This document shows positions 49,412 to 61,600 of a DNA stretch of 64,000 bases, piece after piece. The translations under genes and the position numbers were made by a program. The notes under the pieces are model-generated. The model worked only from the letters and a program-made list of their open reading frames with translations. It had not been told where the DNA came from and ran no database searches. The stretch lies in the NCBI GenBank assembly GCA_000002435.2, contig CM018789.1; one strand, written 5' to 3'. Position 1 is the first letter of the stretch. Each line of letters begins with the position of its first letter. Source of the stretch: Giardia intestinalis (Eukaryota).

Positions 49412-51373
49412 AGATCTGTCGACGAGGACGGAAACACCGCCCTGATGATCGCGTTACAGAGGAATGACCAGTACATGATGGAAATCCTGGCTCCCCACGA
49501 GTACGGGATCTCAAACCCAGAGGGAATGACCGCACTTGTGCAAGCAATACGCATGCGCAATAATGATGCTGTCCGCATTCTGGCTAGGTACGAGTCGCGT
49601 TTCAAGACTGCCGACGGGATGGCGCCGATTCACTTGGCCGTTCAGATGGAAGACAGTTCGCTGATCTCAATCCTTCTACCTTATAGTGCTGCCGAGCTTA
49701 ATCTGTACAACCAGAATGCTCTTGAGTATGCTGCTGCTAACGGGAGGGCCAACGCAGCTTTTTGTCTGCTGAGCGATCCCAACATCTATGGCCCTGACGA
49801 CGTCAAGTCCGCAGCCTTGACAGCAAATAATAGCGGATACCCCGACATGGCCAGGAAGCTCTATAATTGGTTAAACTCATACAATTGTGCAATGTCCATC
49901 AGTGGAAAGTCTACCACTAATGCCAGCAGTTGTTTGTCAAACTCACTGCAGCCTAGCATGGCCAGCACTGGAAGGACCGGCCTCGAGCAGTCTATACATG
50001 ATGTGCCGCGCAGCCTCACAGCTTCGTCGCGCCATATGTACACGTCAGCGACGAATGCTTCTACGGCACGACCCCTTTCTGGCATGGTTTCATCGTATGG
50101 GAGCTTTTCGGAGAAGGCTGCTCCTCACAACGATAACTTGAAGCTGACCCCCACCTATTCCGTGGGGAACCTCCGTCCGTCGTCCACCTCTCGATCACCT
50201 AGCTCTGCGATGACATCCTCTGCTCGTAATACTAAGTACGCCAAGCCAGCCACTGAAAATGCATTTGAGTACCTGCAGTTTAAAAAGACCTTAGCTGAGG
50301 CAGAAACGCGCCCTGGGTCGCCAACTGGTTCTCGCTCTGCTTCGAGGACGTCGTCTCGTTCCAATTCGCGCACCTTGGGGCGCACGTCTAGCCGGAATCT
50401 GCGTCGCGGTACCGGTACTGTTCCAACCTCGTTTTCGACGGGAGTTATCTCGATGAGCATGGGAGGCACTGGAGTGGGATTGCGAGGGTCTAGCCGTAAT
50501 CGCTCGAATACACCCAGTGGCCACTACTCTGTGAGAGGGCCGAACGCACTTCTGCACGAAAAGGATCCGAACTTCTGCAGTATCTTTGACTCCCGCACTT
50601 TGGTAGACCGCTCTCCGTCCATGACCTTTGGAGCCACTCTTGGTGTCCCTCCCGATCACAATTACAATTACGTTGAGCATCTACCTGATAAGCCGCAGAC
50701 GCATGCTCTGTATGGTCCAATTGTTGGGTACGACCCTGAGACGGTTAACTACACCATAGCTGGAGATGTTGTTCCCAGACAGCTGATTACGGACCCCATT
50801 ATAAATCAGTACTCGAGACAAGATCTGACCGACTTGATGGTGGCAGCAAAGCTGGGAAGAATACAACTAGTTAGGGAACGGGCCGTTGAACAATTCCTCA
50901 AAAGATCCAAGACAGGGCGTACAGCTCTTATTTACGCTGCTCAGCGCAACTTCACAGATATCGTCAGGATACTTATACAGTACGAGGCCGGAGCATCCGA
51001 TAGCTTTGGATACACAGCGTTGATGTATGCTGCCTCCTTTGGACATCTGGAAATGATGGAGATACTTATGTCTGCCGAGGCTGGGCATCGCCGCCAGTCA
51101 GACGGGGCGACCGCCCTGATGGCAGCTGCGGCCAATGGGCATCTACAGTGCGTCCACAAGCTCGTTCCTCTTGAAGGCTGCATTCACTCCCGCAATGGAA
51201 CGACCGCGCTGATGCTGGCCATTAAGTACAACCACAAGGAGTGCGCGTACTTCCTTATGAAGCACGAGCTGAAAGGGTATGATGACAGCATCAGTGCAGT
51301 TGAGCAATTCTGTACAGAGTGTGGCAGAGAAGAGTACATCACCGACCTCCGTGCACACCTGAGGATCCACTAG
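49331..51373 (+). CDS. Ankyrin-repeat protein (Giardia 'protein 21.1'-like)
   Basis: Multiple ANK repeats ('GNTALMIALQRNDQYMMEILA', 'GMTALVQAIRMRNNDAVRILA', 'RTALIYAAQRNFTDIVRILI', 'GYTALMYAASFGHLEMMEILM', 'GATALMAAAANGHLQCVHKLV', 'GTTALMLAIKYNHKECAYFLM') flank a Ser-rich linker. Confidence 0.85.
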   Translation: MLSEYGWFGAVKTRNYDKVIENVKEYHRSVDEDGNTALMIALQRNDQYMMEILAPHEYGISNPEGMTALVQAIRMRNNDAVRILARYESRFKTADGMAPIHLAVQMEDSSLISILLPYSAAELNLYNQNALEYAAANGRANAAFCLLSDPNIYGPDDVKSAALTANNSGYPDMARKLYNWLNSYNCAMSISGKSTTNASSCLSNSLQPSMASTGRTGLEQSIHDVPRSLTASSRHMYTSATNASTARPLSGMVSSYGSFSEKAAPHNDNLKLTPTYSVGNLRPSSTSRSPSSAMTSSARNTKYAKPATENAFEYLQFKKTLAEAETRPGSPTGSRSASRTSSRSNSRTLGRTSSRNLRRGTGTVPTSFSTGVISMSMGGTGVGLRGSSRNRSNTPSGHYSVRGPNALLHEKDPNFCSIFDSRTLVDRSPSMTFGATLGVPPDHNYNYVEHLPDKPQTHALYGPIVGYDPETVNYTIAGDVVPRQLITDPIINQYSRQDLTDLMVAAKLGRIQLVRERAVEQFLKRSKTGRTALIYAAQRNFTDIVRILIQYEAGASDSFGYTALMYAASFGHLEMMEILMSAEAGHRRQSDGATALMAAAANGHLQCVHKLVPLEGCIHSRNGTTALMLAIKYNHKECAYFLMKHELKGYDDSISAVEQFCTECGREEYITDLRAHLRIH

Positions 51374-51440
51374 CCTTTCTACTAGCACATCAGGTTGTAA
51401 ATGTTACTCAGATGCCCAATGGTTTACTCACACAGGGCCA

Positions 51441-53507
51441 CTAACCTGATCCGCCGAATGCGGCAATTCCGTTGTCAGTGTTGATAAGGACGATGTCGTT
51501 GTAGGCCAAACACATTCGTTTCAACTTTACATCTGCAACGTTCTGCGGTAGAGGAATATAGCAAGGAAGGCCTCTGGGAGACCACTTAAACAGCCGGTTC
51601 TCAGCTAACCCTGGAAGATGCTTGTTGCCTGTGGTAGTGGCCACGACGGGCCGCAGATCGCCCTCAAACCTCATCTCTGCGGTCAAGAGGGAAAACTCGT
51701 CCAGCTCATTATGCAGGCTATAGTCCTGATACTCCTCCGCCAGCGCTGACGTCAAAATGTACAGATTGCTCTGGACAAAAACAAAGTCGATAATTACGTC
51801 ATAAAAGACCAGAACGGTGAGGAGTTTCATCTCCAGCGGATCTACAACAATTAAGGTGGTTGGATATTCTACCCCGACGTAGGCTAGAAAGCGACAGCAC
51901 GAGGAAAACTTTGCCTTTGACATGTGTCCACTCCGTGTGTTTCTCTTCAGATATGCCTCTATTCCTAGTAGCTTAGGAAGCTGGAAAGCTACCTTTCGAG
52001 AGGCATACTGGATGGAGAGGTTATTGAGGTTGGTTTTCACTAGGTAAGAGTGGGTATTAACACTCGGGAAGTCGTAAATGTGGCTCTCAAGAAGTCCTGG
52101 CTGTTTGGTGATAGGTATCCGAAGTCCACAAGCAGGGCAAACGCTGTCGTAGTGCATAGGCTTTCCAGGGTGATCCTTCTCTGGAATCTCATGAACACGC
52201 CGCACGGCCTCCTTGTTCATCTGAGCGCTGTACTGTGTGTTCAGCGGCTCTGAATCTTCTGTGATCGAAACAACTTCTTGATATATGAGATAGTCCTCTG
52301 TCTCTCCCTGTGTTGCCTCTCGGTTCTGCACAACACCTGGGTAAGAGTCTGATTGCACCGGGTCTTGTCTCGTATCGCATGTGCAGTAGTTCTGTTTGTC
52401 TTTAAAAGCATCCAGGGTACTTTTTTCCTTGATATCGGACGCTAGCTCCTTACACCTGCACTCAACAAAGATCGACTCACAATGCTCGAGTAAATCTGGA
52501 AGCCCGCTGATGATCATGCGCTCCTGTAGATTCTTAGATAAAAGGGCAGCCCGAGAGTTAACATAGACTACGGCGATGTGCACATCCTGGGCTGCTATTG
52601 CCGAGATAGCTAGGCTCAGAGTCTTAGTAACTGCAGGATTAAACTGATATGGAATGCGTACCTCGTATCGGACAATGCTGGCCTCATTCTTCGTTAAAAG
52701 CTGCACCTTATAAAGAACCGCGTTGTAAAAATCTGCAAGCAGATACGACTTTTGCCCTAAAACGCTCAAATGCATGGTATCAAAGGTCTCGCTTGGAAAG
52801 TCAACAACAGAGTGTACCTGCTCAGTGGTACCGATGATGTGCAGCTTGTCTTGACAGTAGCTACTGCTGACAAAAACGACGTACGACAGCTCTGCAGAGA
52901 AAATGGGCGGGTTCTTGGCGCCCGGAATAGCCCGAAGGAGCACCCCTTCGCTTTGCCCCGAAGATTTGCCATTGGAATCTCTGGATGCACGGGCTGCCGA
53001 GGAGGACCCATGGGTCGAGAAGCGGACAGACTTACTGGAGGCTCTATCAGGCTTTGCCCATGCAGAGAGAAAGCGAATCTCTAGCGTTTCTGACGTGCTA
53101 GCTGTGACGCAGAAGAGAGTTAAGTTGGGAGAAAATGTGGCGTACTTGATTCCAAGCTCATCGACACGTATACAGAGTTGACGGTCTGAGAGCGAGGAGT
53201 AGGGAAGGACGCGCTCAGACTCCACTCTCCCCAAATGAGGAGACACGCTACTCTCCGACCCCAGTCTGAAGAGATTGATCTCTACATCGGTGGGGAGCGC
53301 GTAATAGAGTATGTAATTTCCACAGAAGGAAAACTCAATGCATATGTCATCCTTGGAAGCCGGTATTTGGAAGGCCGCCCGAATCGGCATCTCCCGCGTT
53401 GCTTCGCGGACATATACGATGTTTTGGTGCCGGTATGCGAAAAGCTGGCCATTTGCCGACAGTGCGATGCGCCCCCGGCCATTCAGCAAGGAGAAACCGC
53501 AACTCAT
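51441..53507 (-). CDS. Hypothetical protein (688 aa)
   Basis: The track starts at GTG 53534; the first ATG is 53507. No domain recognised. Confidence 0.5.
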   Translation of the reverse strand: MSCGFSLLNGRGRIALSANGQLFAYRHQNIVYVREATREMPIRAAFQIPASKDDICIEFSFCGNYILYYALPTDVEINLFRLGSESSVSPHLGRVESERVLPYSSLSDRQLCIRVDELGIKYATFSPNLTLFCVTASTSETLEIRFLSAWAKPDRASSKSVRFSTHGSSSAARASRDSNGKSSGQSEGVLLRAIPGAKNPPIFSAELSYVVFVSSSYCQDKLHIIGTTEQVHSVVDFPSETFDTMHLSVLGQKSYLLADFYNAVLYKVQLLTKNEASIVRYEVRIPYQFNPAVTKTLSLAISAIAAQDVHIAVVYVNSRAALLSKNLQERMIISGLPDLLEHCESIFVECRCKELASDIKEKSTLDAFKDKQNYCTCDTRQDPVQSDSYPGVVQNREATQGETEDYLIYQEVVSITEDSEPLNTQYSAQMNKEAVRRVHEIPEKDHPGKPMHYDSVCPACGLRIPITKQPGLLESHIYDFPSVNTHSYLVKTNLNNLSIQYASRKVAFQLPKLLGIEAYLKRNTRSGHMSKAKFSSCCRFLAYVGVEYPTTLIVVDPLEMKLLTVLVFYDVIIDFVFVQSNLYILTSALAEEYQDYSLHNELDEFSLLTAEMRFEGDLRPVVATTTGNKHLPGLAENRLFKWSPRGLPCYIPLPQNVADVKLKRMCLAYNDIVLINTDNGIAAFGGSG

Positions 53508-53568
53508 CCAAATATGATTTTTGAGGACTGACACCGATCTCTCAGAGGGGCGGTTTACTCCTGGGCGT

Positions 53569-54141
53569 TTAGCGGTTGGAAACGGCTATACGCTCGACAG
53601 AGTTGCGCTGGCTGATGGCATACGACTTGTCGGCGCCTGCGGCTGCATTCATGATTTCTTCGGCGAGGCACTCAGCAAACGGCCGGACCTTGCGGAATGC
53701 CGCCTTGCGGGCGCCAGTCGCAATGTTATAGATGCCGATATTGACGCGACGCAGGGGAGAGACGTCGACAGACTGGCGACGGACCTGGCCGCCCTTCCCA
53801 ATGCGGCAGGAATCCTCACGCGGGCCCGAATTCGCGACTGCGTCGACCAAGACCTGGACGGGATTCTTGCCTGTGTAAAGGTTGATGAGCTCAAAGGCCT
53901 CCCCCACGGTCTTCATGGCCATGAGCTTCTTCCCAGAGTTGCGCCCGTGCATCATGAGGGAGTTAGTCAGACGCTCAACCACGGGGCACTTGGCCTTGCG
54001 AAAGCGCTTTGCGGACCAGCGGCCGGCGCTGTGCGGAACGAAGCTGTGGTTATCAATTGAAATATATGCCTCCAGGGACTCGTCCTGGCACTTGACGTCC
54101 GTGAGTGGCCACTTGTTGAAGAGTGCTACCTCGAGAGACAT
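53569..54141 (-). CDS. RPS5: 40S ribosomal protein S5 (uS7)
   Basis: Near-colinear match to eukaryotic RPS5: '[39 protein letters not shown]', '[31 protein letters not shown]', C-terminal '...VERIAVSNR' (human '...ELERVAKSNR'). The track start is TTG 54201; the first ATG is 54141. AGTAAAC (minus strand) at 53552-53558. Confidence 0.93.
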   Translation of the reverse strand: MSLEVALFNKWPLTDVKCQDESLEAYISIDNHSFVPHSAGRWSAKRFRKAKCPVVERLTNSLMMHGRNSGKKLMAMKTVGEAFELINLYTGKNPVQVLVDAVANSGPREDSCRIGKGGQVRRQSVDVSPLRRVNIGIYNIATGARKAAFRKVRPFAECLAEEIMNAAAGADKSYAISQRNSVERIAVSNR

Positions 54142-54207
54142 CGTGCCTGCTATTAAGATGCCAAGTAAATTCAATTTAAATTGATTGCTTTTTATTTGCA
54201 ACGGGAC

Positions 54208-55164
54208 TCAGCACGGGTCAGCGAGAACGGTCCAGTCGAGCCTCCACTGCTCAACCTCTGTGCGGCAGAGAGGACACTGGTTGTGGAGCCTTCTTTTCTG
54301 CAACTCCTGCGAGCAGGTGTAGCACGTGCACCGGTGCCCGCACGGATGGGAGCGAACTATGCAGAACTCGTCTAAGCAAATGATGCAGACACCAATCTTC
54401 TCTGTGCTGCCTCCGTACTTCCGCGCAACAAGAAACCGAAGCCCGTCATCTGCGACGAGCTTGGCGATCTCGGCGTCGTTTGTTCTTTGTGACAAGGAGG
54501 AGAGCGTGTACGCCGCTCCCAGAATAGCATACTCATAGGGAAGAAGCGACTGGACAAAGCTGAGGGAATTACTGACGATTGCGTATCCTAACGCAGACCA
54601 TTTGGCATTGGACAACTTTCCGTGCTCCATTGGGTCGGCGTGCAGTTTGGAAAATGCATATGAATTTTGGCACAGAACAGCGAGCATGAGAGCGGTGCGT
54701 CCTTGGCGGTCCGCGCATCCGCGCTCATCCTTCCATAACAAATCTATATGCTGCTCTCTACCTAGTACGACAGCATACATGAGTGCAGTCATTCCGCAGC
54801 TGTCTTGCCGCCGGATGTCTTTGTGCATAGTAATGCGGTCAGGGTCGTTCCCGCTTAGCACCGCTAGCATCAGAGCTGTGAGGCCGAATGTGCACCCCTC
54901 TTCTCGCCACAATCTTTTGATTCCATCTGTATTAAGAGCGCGACACGCGTAGCAGAGGGCGCTGTGGCCGTCCTTGTCCAAAATAGATCCTTCAATGGCG
55001 ACCAGGTCGTCTGGTGGAGGGACAGGGTGCAGTGCCAGGTACATGAGAGCCGTCTTGCCATTGCTGTCGAAGCTCCCTGCATACTCCTCCAAGTGCTCTA
55101 GTAGAAAAGACACAGCTCCTCGCCTGGCTGCCTCAAACCAGTGTGAGGCTTCGGCAGCCGGCAT
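54208..55164 (-). CDS. Ankyrin-repeat protein with C-terminal C3HC4 RING finger (putative E3 ligase)
   Basis: ANK repeats ('GKTALMYLA', 'HSALCYACR', 'LTALMLAVLSGN', 'MTALMYAVVLGR', 'RTALMLAVLCQN') followed by 'CIICLDEFCIVRSHPCGHRCTCYTCSQELQKRRLHNQCPLCR'. Confidence 0.75.
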   Translation of the reverse strand: MPAAEASHWFEAARRGAVSFLLEHLEEYAGSFDSNGKTALMYLALHPVPPPDDLVAIEGSILDKDGHSALCYACRALNTDGIKRLWREEGCTFGLTALMLAVLSGNDPDRITMHKDIRRQDSCGMTALMYAVVLGREQHIDLLWKDERGCADRQGRTALMLAVLCQNSYAFSKLHADPMEHGKLSNAKWSALGYAIVSNSLSFVQSLLPYEYAILGAAYTLSSLSQRTNDAEIAKLVADDGLRFLVARKYGGSTEKIGVCIICLDEFCIVRSHPCGHRCTCYTCSQELQKRRLHNQCPLCRTEVEQWRLDWTVLADPC

Positions 55165-55280
55165 TTCTGGAAATAAATTATTGGCGTCATTTTGAGCTCT
55201 GACTGGGCCTACATCCCGGAGATTGTAGTCTAGCAGTGACTGAGCATACTATTCTGGAAGGAATCTTTAGCTAAAGTAAA

Positions 55281-55649
55281 ATGATGAGTTTAGAAGGAGA
55301 AAAAGCCGAGGTGCAGGCTCTCCTGAAGCGGCTAGGGGAGCGCCGTACACACATTGTGAAAGCAGCAGAAAACATAGACCGGCTTCTGGCTCAGGTAAGT
55401 GCTTCAGAAAGTGATCAACGGCTGTTCACAGCACTCCAGGACGCCCATGCGTCCACTCCTGTATCTCTCTCACCCAAGGCGTTACTTCGACTTGAGGCTC
55501 TCAAAAAGAGGCTTTTTCTGGCGCAAACGCGGGAAGCAGATATACGTGAACAACTCGACCTCGTTTTTGGTGATTGCACAGAAACATTGTTGGATCTTCA
55601 ACTAATCATTGATGAGACGAAAGAACTGAGGACGGAGATTGGCAAGTGA
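55281..55649 (+). CDS. Small coiled-coil hypothetical protein (122 aa)
   Basis: ATG start with an AT-rich initiator-like upstream sequence ('ctaaagtaaaATG'). Helical, heptad-like sequence. Confidence 0.4.
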   Translation: MMSLEGEKAEVQALLKRLGERRTHIVKAAENIDRLLAQVSASESDQRLFTALQDAHASTPVSLSPKALLRLEALKKRLFLAQTREADIREQLDLVFGDCTETLLDLQLIIDETKELRTEIGK

Positions 55650-58600
55650 ATGCTCGTCTGGTCTTCCACATAGGACTGTGTCAGAAGCTCACGCATGTCT
55701 TCACAGCTCTTCAGTCCGTCGCCTACTCTCGGTAAGTACATAATAGCGTAATGTGAGTAATATCTGGACGTTTCACAAACTTATACGCAACTGTGTACGT
55801 CTCACTTTTGATACATGAAATCGATATATTAATATACTTTACAACTCAGGGCATTTACCAAGACATTCTGTCCCGTTCCAGATAAAGCAGCATCGCCCGC
55901 TGAGCTAAGTATTCAGATCGCTATTGTAGCGCTCCCTGCATCCTTCCCTTGCAGAATGCCAGTAGCTGAGCGGGAACGTGTCTGCGAGAATAGCGAGCAC
56001 CAAGGAGCAGGTGCATATGGCGTACGTGGCTGAGGCGAGTGTTGCTCTGCTACCCAACGCTCGACATGTACACTTTCGACTCGCTAAGCGATGCAGACAA
56101 AGATGCCAGCTTGGCCCGCAGTAGTTCTCCGATCCTTCTGCCCAGTGGCCTCTCCGATGAGCAACAGCCAACTGGAGAGTCGTCAATCGCTGGGACGCCC
56201 AGACCGCACAGTGGCCGCTCAAGAGGTGCAAGGGCTGCACACACCGCTGTGGATGGTGCGCTCTGTCAACGGCTCTCCACGCTGAGCTGGCCCTTAGCTG
56301 CTACTCTGTGGCCTCCGATGGGACGGGCATTATGAAGAGGTTTACTTGGAGAACCCCTGACATTGCGACGCCTATCCTGAGAAGACAATGCTATCTCACA
56401 TAAGCTACTTCCACTACTCATTCCCACTGATCCAGATAACCCATCTTGCATGCTTCGGATTGCCCTCTCTTGCCAGCAGAGCAGCCACCACCCTGTGTGT
56501 CTCCTTCAGACACAGTTTCGTCTATGACGGCACCTTTTGTCTCTTCTCTGGAGAGGCATAACCGTCCCAATCCAGACACCTTGCTCTCAGCACACACCTC
56601 GTATCCAGCAGAGGCCAGGTGCTCGTCGACCATATCCCATGAGTATCAGCGCTGTGCCACTATGTTGCTTCCTGTCCTTCTTGAGGGGCGTGCTCTGACC
56701 ATCTCAGTGTCTCTATGATAGGAGAGATGTGGATCCGGAGGTGGTTGTTGCTTTCTGGCACCCCTCTGCTGACCAGAAGAGTGCAAGAGCGCCCTTCGGG
56801 AGTCGGTCCCCTAATTTTCTGTTCTCTCGGGGAAGTGGTCCTTGGATAGCGCCACTCGGAGGACTCCCAAAGCGTCACTGTATGGGCGCTGCTTTACAAA
56901 CACTCCTGGCTGAAGCTGGACCCGAATCCTCCTAAAGCAACTTTATAGAGTTACCTGGTGGCCCATTCCTTGACTACTATCAGCAGAGGTCTCAACCTCC
57001 CAAGGACATCTCGGGGATAGTACGTTTGGCCCACGTCAGCGCCACTTCCTGGCAGAGGCATGCGGAGGATCTGCTCCCTCTTGTGGATCCATCATTAGTA
57101 TCGAGAGCACTGCGTCTGTTACCTTCGTTGGAGGTGTCGAGAGATGGTGCCCCGTATCTATCCCATTGAAGAGTTGGAGGTCCGCCAGGACAGCGAAGAT
57201 GATCCCATCAGGGCTGTGATCATATACCCGTCATTATGGCAACCATAGTGTAGATAAGACAACTGTCTGGGCCCCGCAACTCCCGGCGTAGGACGCCAGG
57301 AGGCTTGGCTGGGTCAGGCTAGTGAGGGCTACCCCTGTCATAACAGGCTTAGAAAATAGGGAGCGAGTGACGTACCTGGTGTCCACCAATGCACGCATGC
57401 AGCCTGGAAGCTGTGCTCAAAGCACCGAGGCCTGCAGGGGTGTGGCATCCGAACAGGCCCGACAGTTATGACTGCTTCTGAGAACAGCCAGCATGACTGG
57501 ACGAGGACATGAAAGCTCATGGAGGCCCTCACAGTCTTGATGTCTGGGAGAACACGGGGACTGACCACTCCAAGATTGTCCATCTCATGAGCTGGCTTTC
57601 GATAGCAGGCATAACAAGGAAGTGACCCCCAGTCATACACAATCTCATGCGATTCCATCGCAGCCTAGAGCATCCTTATCTGGCCTGCCAGTCCATCCAT
57701 GACGGTAGCAGATGTGTCAGCATTCCAGATCATCGGCCACCGCAGCTGCACAGTCGGGGTACTGCCTATGGTATTGCTCACTGATACTTTACATGGAGCC
57801 CTGTCCCTGTGGTAGTGACAGGTGAACTTCTCTGCAGATGCAGATCTAATGATATGGTTCCTCTTGGGCATTCTACTCCTACTTCTGTCTGGTCTCTCAC
57901 CTCAATGCGAGTGGCCAGCGGCTGTTACTGGGTCTTGCAGCATAACTATTACACATTTGTGTGCTAATCAAGACTACCATATAGGGTCACACAAGCCGGG
58001 AGCTCTGTCAGGCAATTATCGGACTCGATATCAAGATGGCACGGGGACAACACTCCCAGTGGTCACCGGGGACATGAATCATCATACAAGCCGCATAGTG
58101 CACCAGAAGCAGCACAACGGTGAAGAGCATGCCTGGATGTAGATGGCGCCTACAGCAAGCGGCATGCTGTCGTTGTCGGTACAACGGGCATAGTGGCTAC
58201 TGGACCCACGCTTTGGTAGCCTCGATTGGAGCAATTGTACAGCGAAGGAGCAGGGCGTAGGGACATGGGCACCAACCGGTCGAGCAGCGTGTACATGTAT
58301 GAGCACGGTTATAAGTCTCGCCTACACTGTTGGGTGGTGCTCTGCCTCGATGTGGACTCAGCGGGTTGGCTCTTATATCAGTGGCAGATGGCAGAACACC
58401 ACGCTGGTCATGTGGTGAGAGGTCTTCATGCGGTCTTCCAACTATTCTAAGTCACGCTGGAAAGCAGCTAGCCCTCCCGCACCACGTCTCCTCTCCAAAT
58501 AGGACTGAAGGCGCCCAGGGCGCTCTTCTAGGGCCTTAGTATCATGGAGCCCGTGCCAGGCAGGAGAGTTCTATGTTGCATGGCGTGAGAGTCTCTAGGG

Positions 58601-61600
58601 GGTGTAAACACTTGCGTGGTTGTAGCAACGCATCTCCACCAGCAAGTGTCAGGGCACATCGGTGGACAGGTGCATATTAAGTCAGGCACTCTGTGTGCGG
58701 TTATGCATCACAGCTCTTATAACGGGCCACGGGCAGCCTGAGGATCTCTGCTTTATAGCAGCGTGGATGTGGGGTGGTGCGCCCAGAGCATCGCCAGATC
58801 GATAGCTTCAGCGCGGCATCCAACAAGGTGCAGCAGGGCATCGAGCCAGGTGAGCGTTGGACCAGATCCTGAGTGGGGGCTGGGACTCCTGTGCACGGCT
58901 GGGCTGCTCCCAGATAGAATAGGGTACAGAGTGAATTAGATGAGTGCGACGCTGTAAGGTATCCACAGTCGCATAAATGCATCCGGCGGGCCCACACTGG
59001 ACTCTAAGAGGCACGCTGCCGGACAAGCCGAGGAGACTCGAGGGGTGGTGGCGCCGTCTTGTTATCTCTATGCAGTGCTCCGCAGGTATGTACTCAGGAG
59101 GTATCTCTTGATGGCTGGAGAGAGGACAGAGCTGGGCGATGGTGAGCATGCCCATCATGAGCAGCTCCAGGTGCTATCCGATCACTCCTTGGAAAGGCAT
59201 ATGCCTCAGCTAGGTTGCATCACATCCAGGGCAGAAGAGGAAGCTGTGCACTGTCTGACCCGCCATTCAGGGCCATGTGCGGATAAAAGGCAGACCAGTG
59301 ACTGATGCTCTGTACTGCCTCCTCATCCGCTGCCTAAGCAGCCAGAAGCCAGGATCGATATGCAGATAGAGGCTATGAAAAGTGGACTAATCACGGGGCT
59401 GATTGTCTGATACCAAAAAATCCGGAACGACGATGGCAGCCGCTGTCTCCCTAAGATGATGTATTATGCGCGGTATCGACCTTGGTCTCCCAGGTGAGCA
59501 GGCTGGGGACACTCTGGCTGGCCCTGACTTCTGAGGCATTAAGATCTTAAGCAGCACAGAAGGAGACAACGGTATATACAGACGGTGCGTTGTCTTCATA
59601 AAGGTGCACTCCAACTTCCAAATGCATGCAGCTGCGCTGAGACAGGCGGTTCAGCTGGCTTACATTGGCACCCTGTCAGCCATCGTGCTTGCTGCGATCA
59701 GAGGCTGCGTCTGCTCGGCAGACTGAATAGAGATTACAGCGGCTTCCATGGTTATCCACGTTGCACGATGTCCAATGGTAGAGTAGCCACCGTCTGTCTG
59801 AGGTGTTTGCTATCGATAGGAGACAGCGCTTGGTTGCACCAGAGGTGCTTTTGTTTAAGTATAGAGTCTTTATGGCTGCTTCTCCACTGGCTATAATGAT
59901 AACTGTATACTTAAAAAGGTCCTGCAGAGCAATCCACCGTCTTTCAAGATGAGACATGGGCCTGCATCTAAAGCTAAAAACGGAAACTCGTGCACCAAGT
60001 GCCATAAGCCTAGTGTACTGACTGGCCTGGATCACAGTCCATTTGTCAAGAACCTGTGCACACGTTTGGATGCTCCCTGCTAGTGGCAGACGGACCTACG
60101 AGGAGGCTTGTCTTTGGTAGCATTCGCTTTATAATATTTAGCCCTTGGTGACACACCTCAACGAAGAAGGGTGTTACTTAGGTGCACAGGAAGCTATCCG
60201 TGCACAGCGATTCTCAGAGAGCCGGCTCACACAGAGAAGGTAGAGGCCACCAGCAGACCAGTGAGATAAAACTGATGCTAGAGAGGCCAGCAATTAGCCT
60301 GAATTACAGCAGGGACACCTGTATTGCCTCTTTGACCTCTATGCCTGGAGAGGTCGTAGGGTCTGCAGACAAGCTAGATGCTGCTTTTTGATTTTATGCA
60401 CTTACAGCAACGTAATATTATTAAGAGTTGCTTCGTTTGGAACCGAGGGCATTCACCTTCCCTTCGTATACGGGTGAGGATCGATTGTAGAGGTATACTG
60501 CGCAGGTTGGTATCAGTCGGCATGGTTGCTGTCCACATGTGTCTCACCTACGTCCTCCCACGGCAGACGGACACCAATGACGCTTCTTGGCCACATGACG
60601 TCCTACGATGTATCTCCACCTTCGATACAGGTTGCTACACATACTGCGTAGTTTGGATTGCTCATCAGCCAAGGTGATCTGATCAGCTCTTGTCCTCTGC
60701 CCGTCTATCTCGTGCAACCATTTATTGATGGTCTTTCCAGATCAACAGGTGCTTCCATCGGTCCCACAAAAGAATGTGTTATGCAGGCGGCCACTACAGG
60801 CCAGAGCCTTGTCTACCAAGAAAAAGGGTCAATCAGTTCACTGCGTGGGGGTCCTTTGTACGTCTTATGTAATCCAGCAGGTCTTGTGCTCCCCAACATC
60901 TTCACTCACAATCCGCTGTCTGGAGCCCGCGTGCATATCGTTACTACCAAACACTTAGCAGCTTCGACTGACCACCTAGGACGTCAAATCCCTTGCGCTG
61001 CACAGTGGGTATGCTCAGCGTGAGAGATACATAGTCAGCATCAGCCTTCTCAGCTCATCGTCTGGGTAATACTACTACTGTTTCTCATCCAATCAGCTAG
61101 CGCGAGGACCCAGCTCATGACCAGCAAACCGAGACAGGCTATTCCAGGAGGTCTTCAAGCACAGCAGTACCTTGTTAACGAGTAGTCAGCAGTAACCATG
61201 ACACGTACTTCCACTAAGGCATGACCTCCTTGAGCGGGGGTGTGAAGTGGGTCCCTGTCATTTTGCGATCCTACTAATCTTTTAGCCAAGAGGGATCAGA
61301 ACAGCTCAGATTAGCATTGATCACTTCTGGGTCTCCATCTATCTCCGTCGTCTGGGGTGTGCTTGACCCTGTAGACTGAGAAGGGCGCTATATTGTGCTC
61401 GTGCCTGCACGTCTCCGTCAGACAAGGCTACCCTCTTGGAGACTGCGCTAAGGTAGCCACACGTCCCGAGGAACTTGCAGAGAGCATCCCAGTCCAATAG
61501 AACTCCTTACCTATCGAATGCAAGTTGTAGTTGTGGCCTCATAAGTGCAGGATTTTTTAGAATAACCGGTCAACTACATAGTTTGCCTGCTCACCCAGAC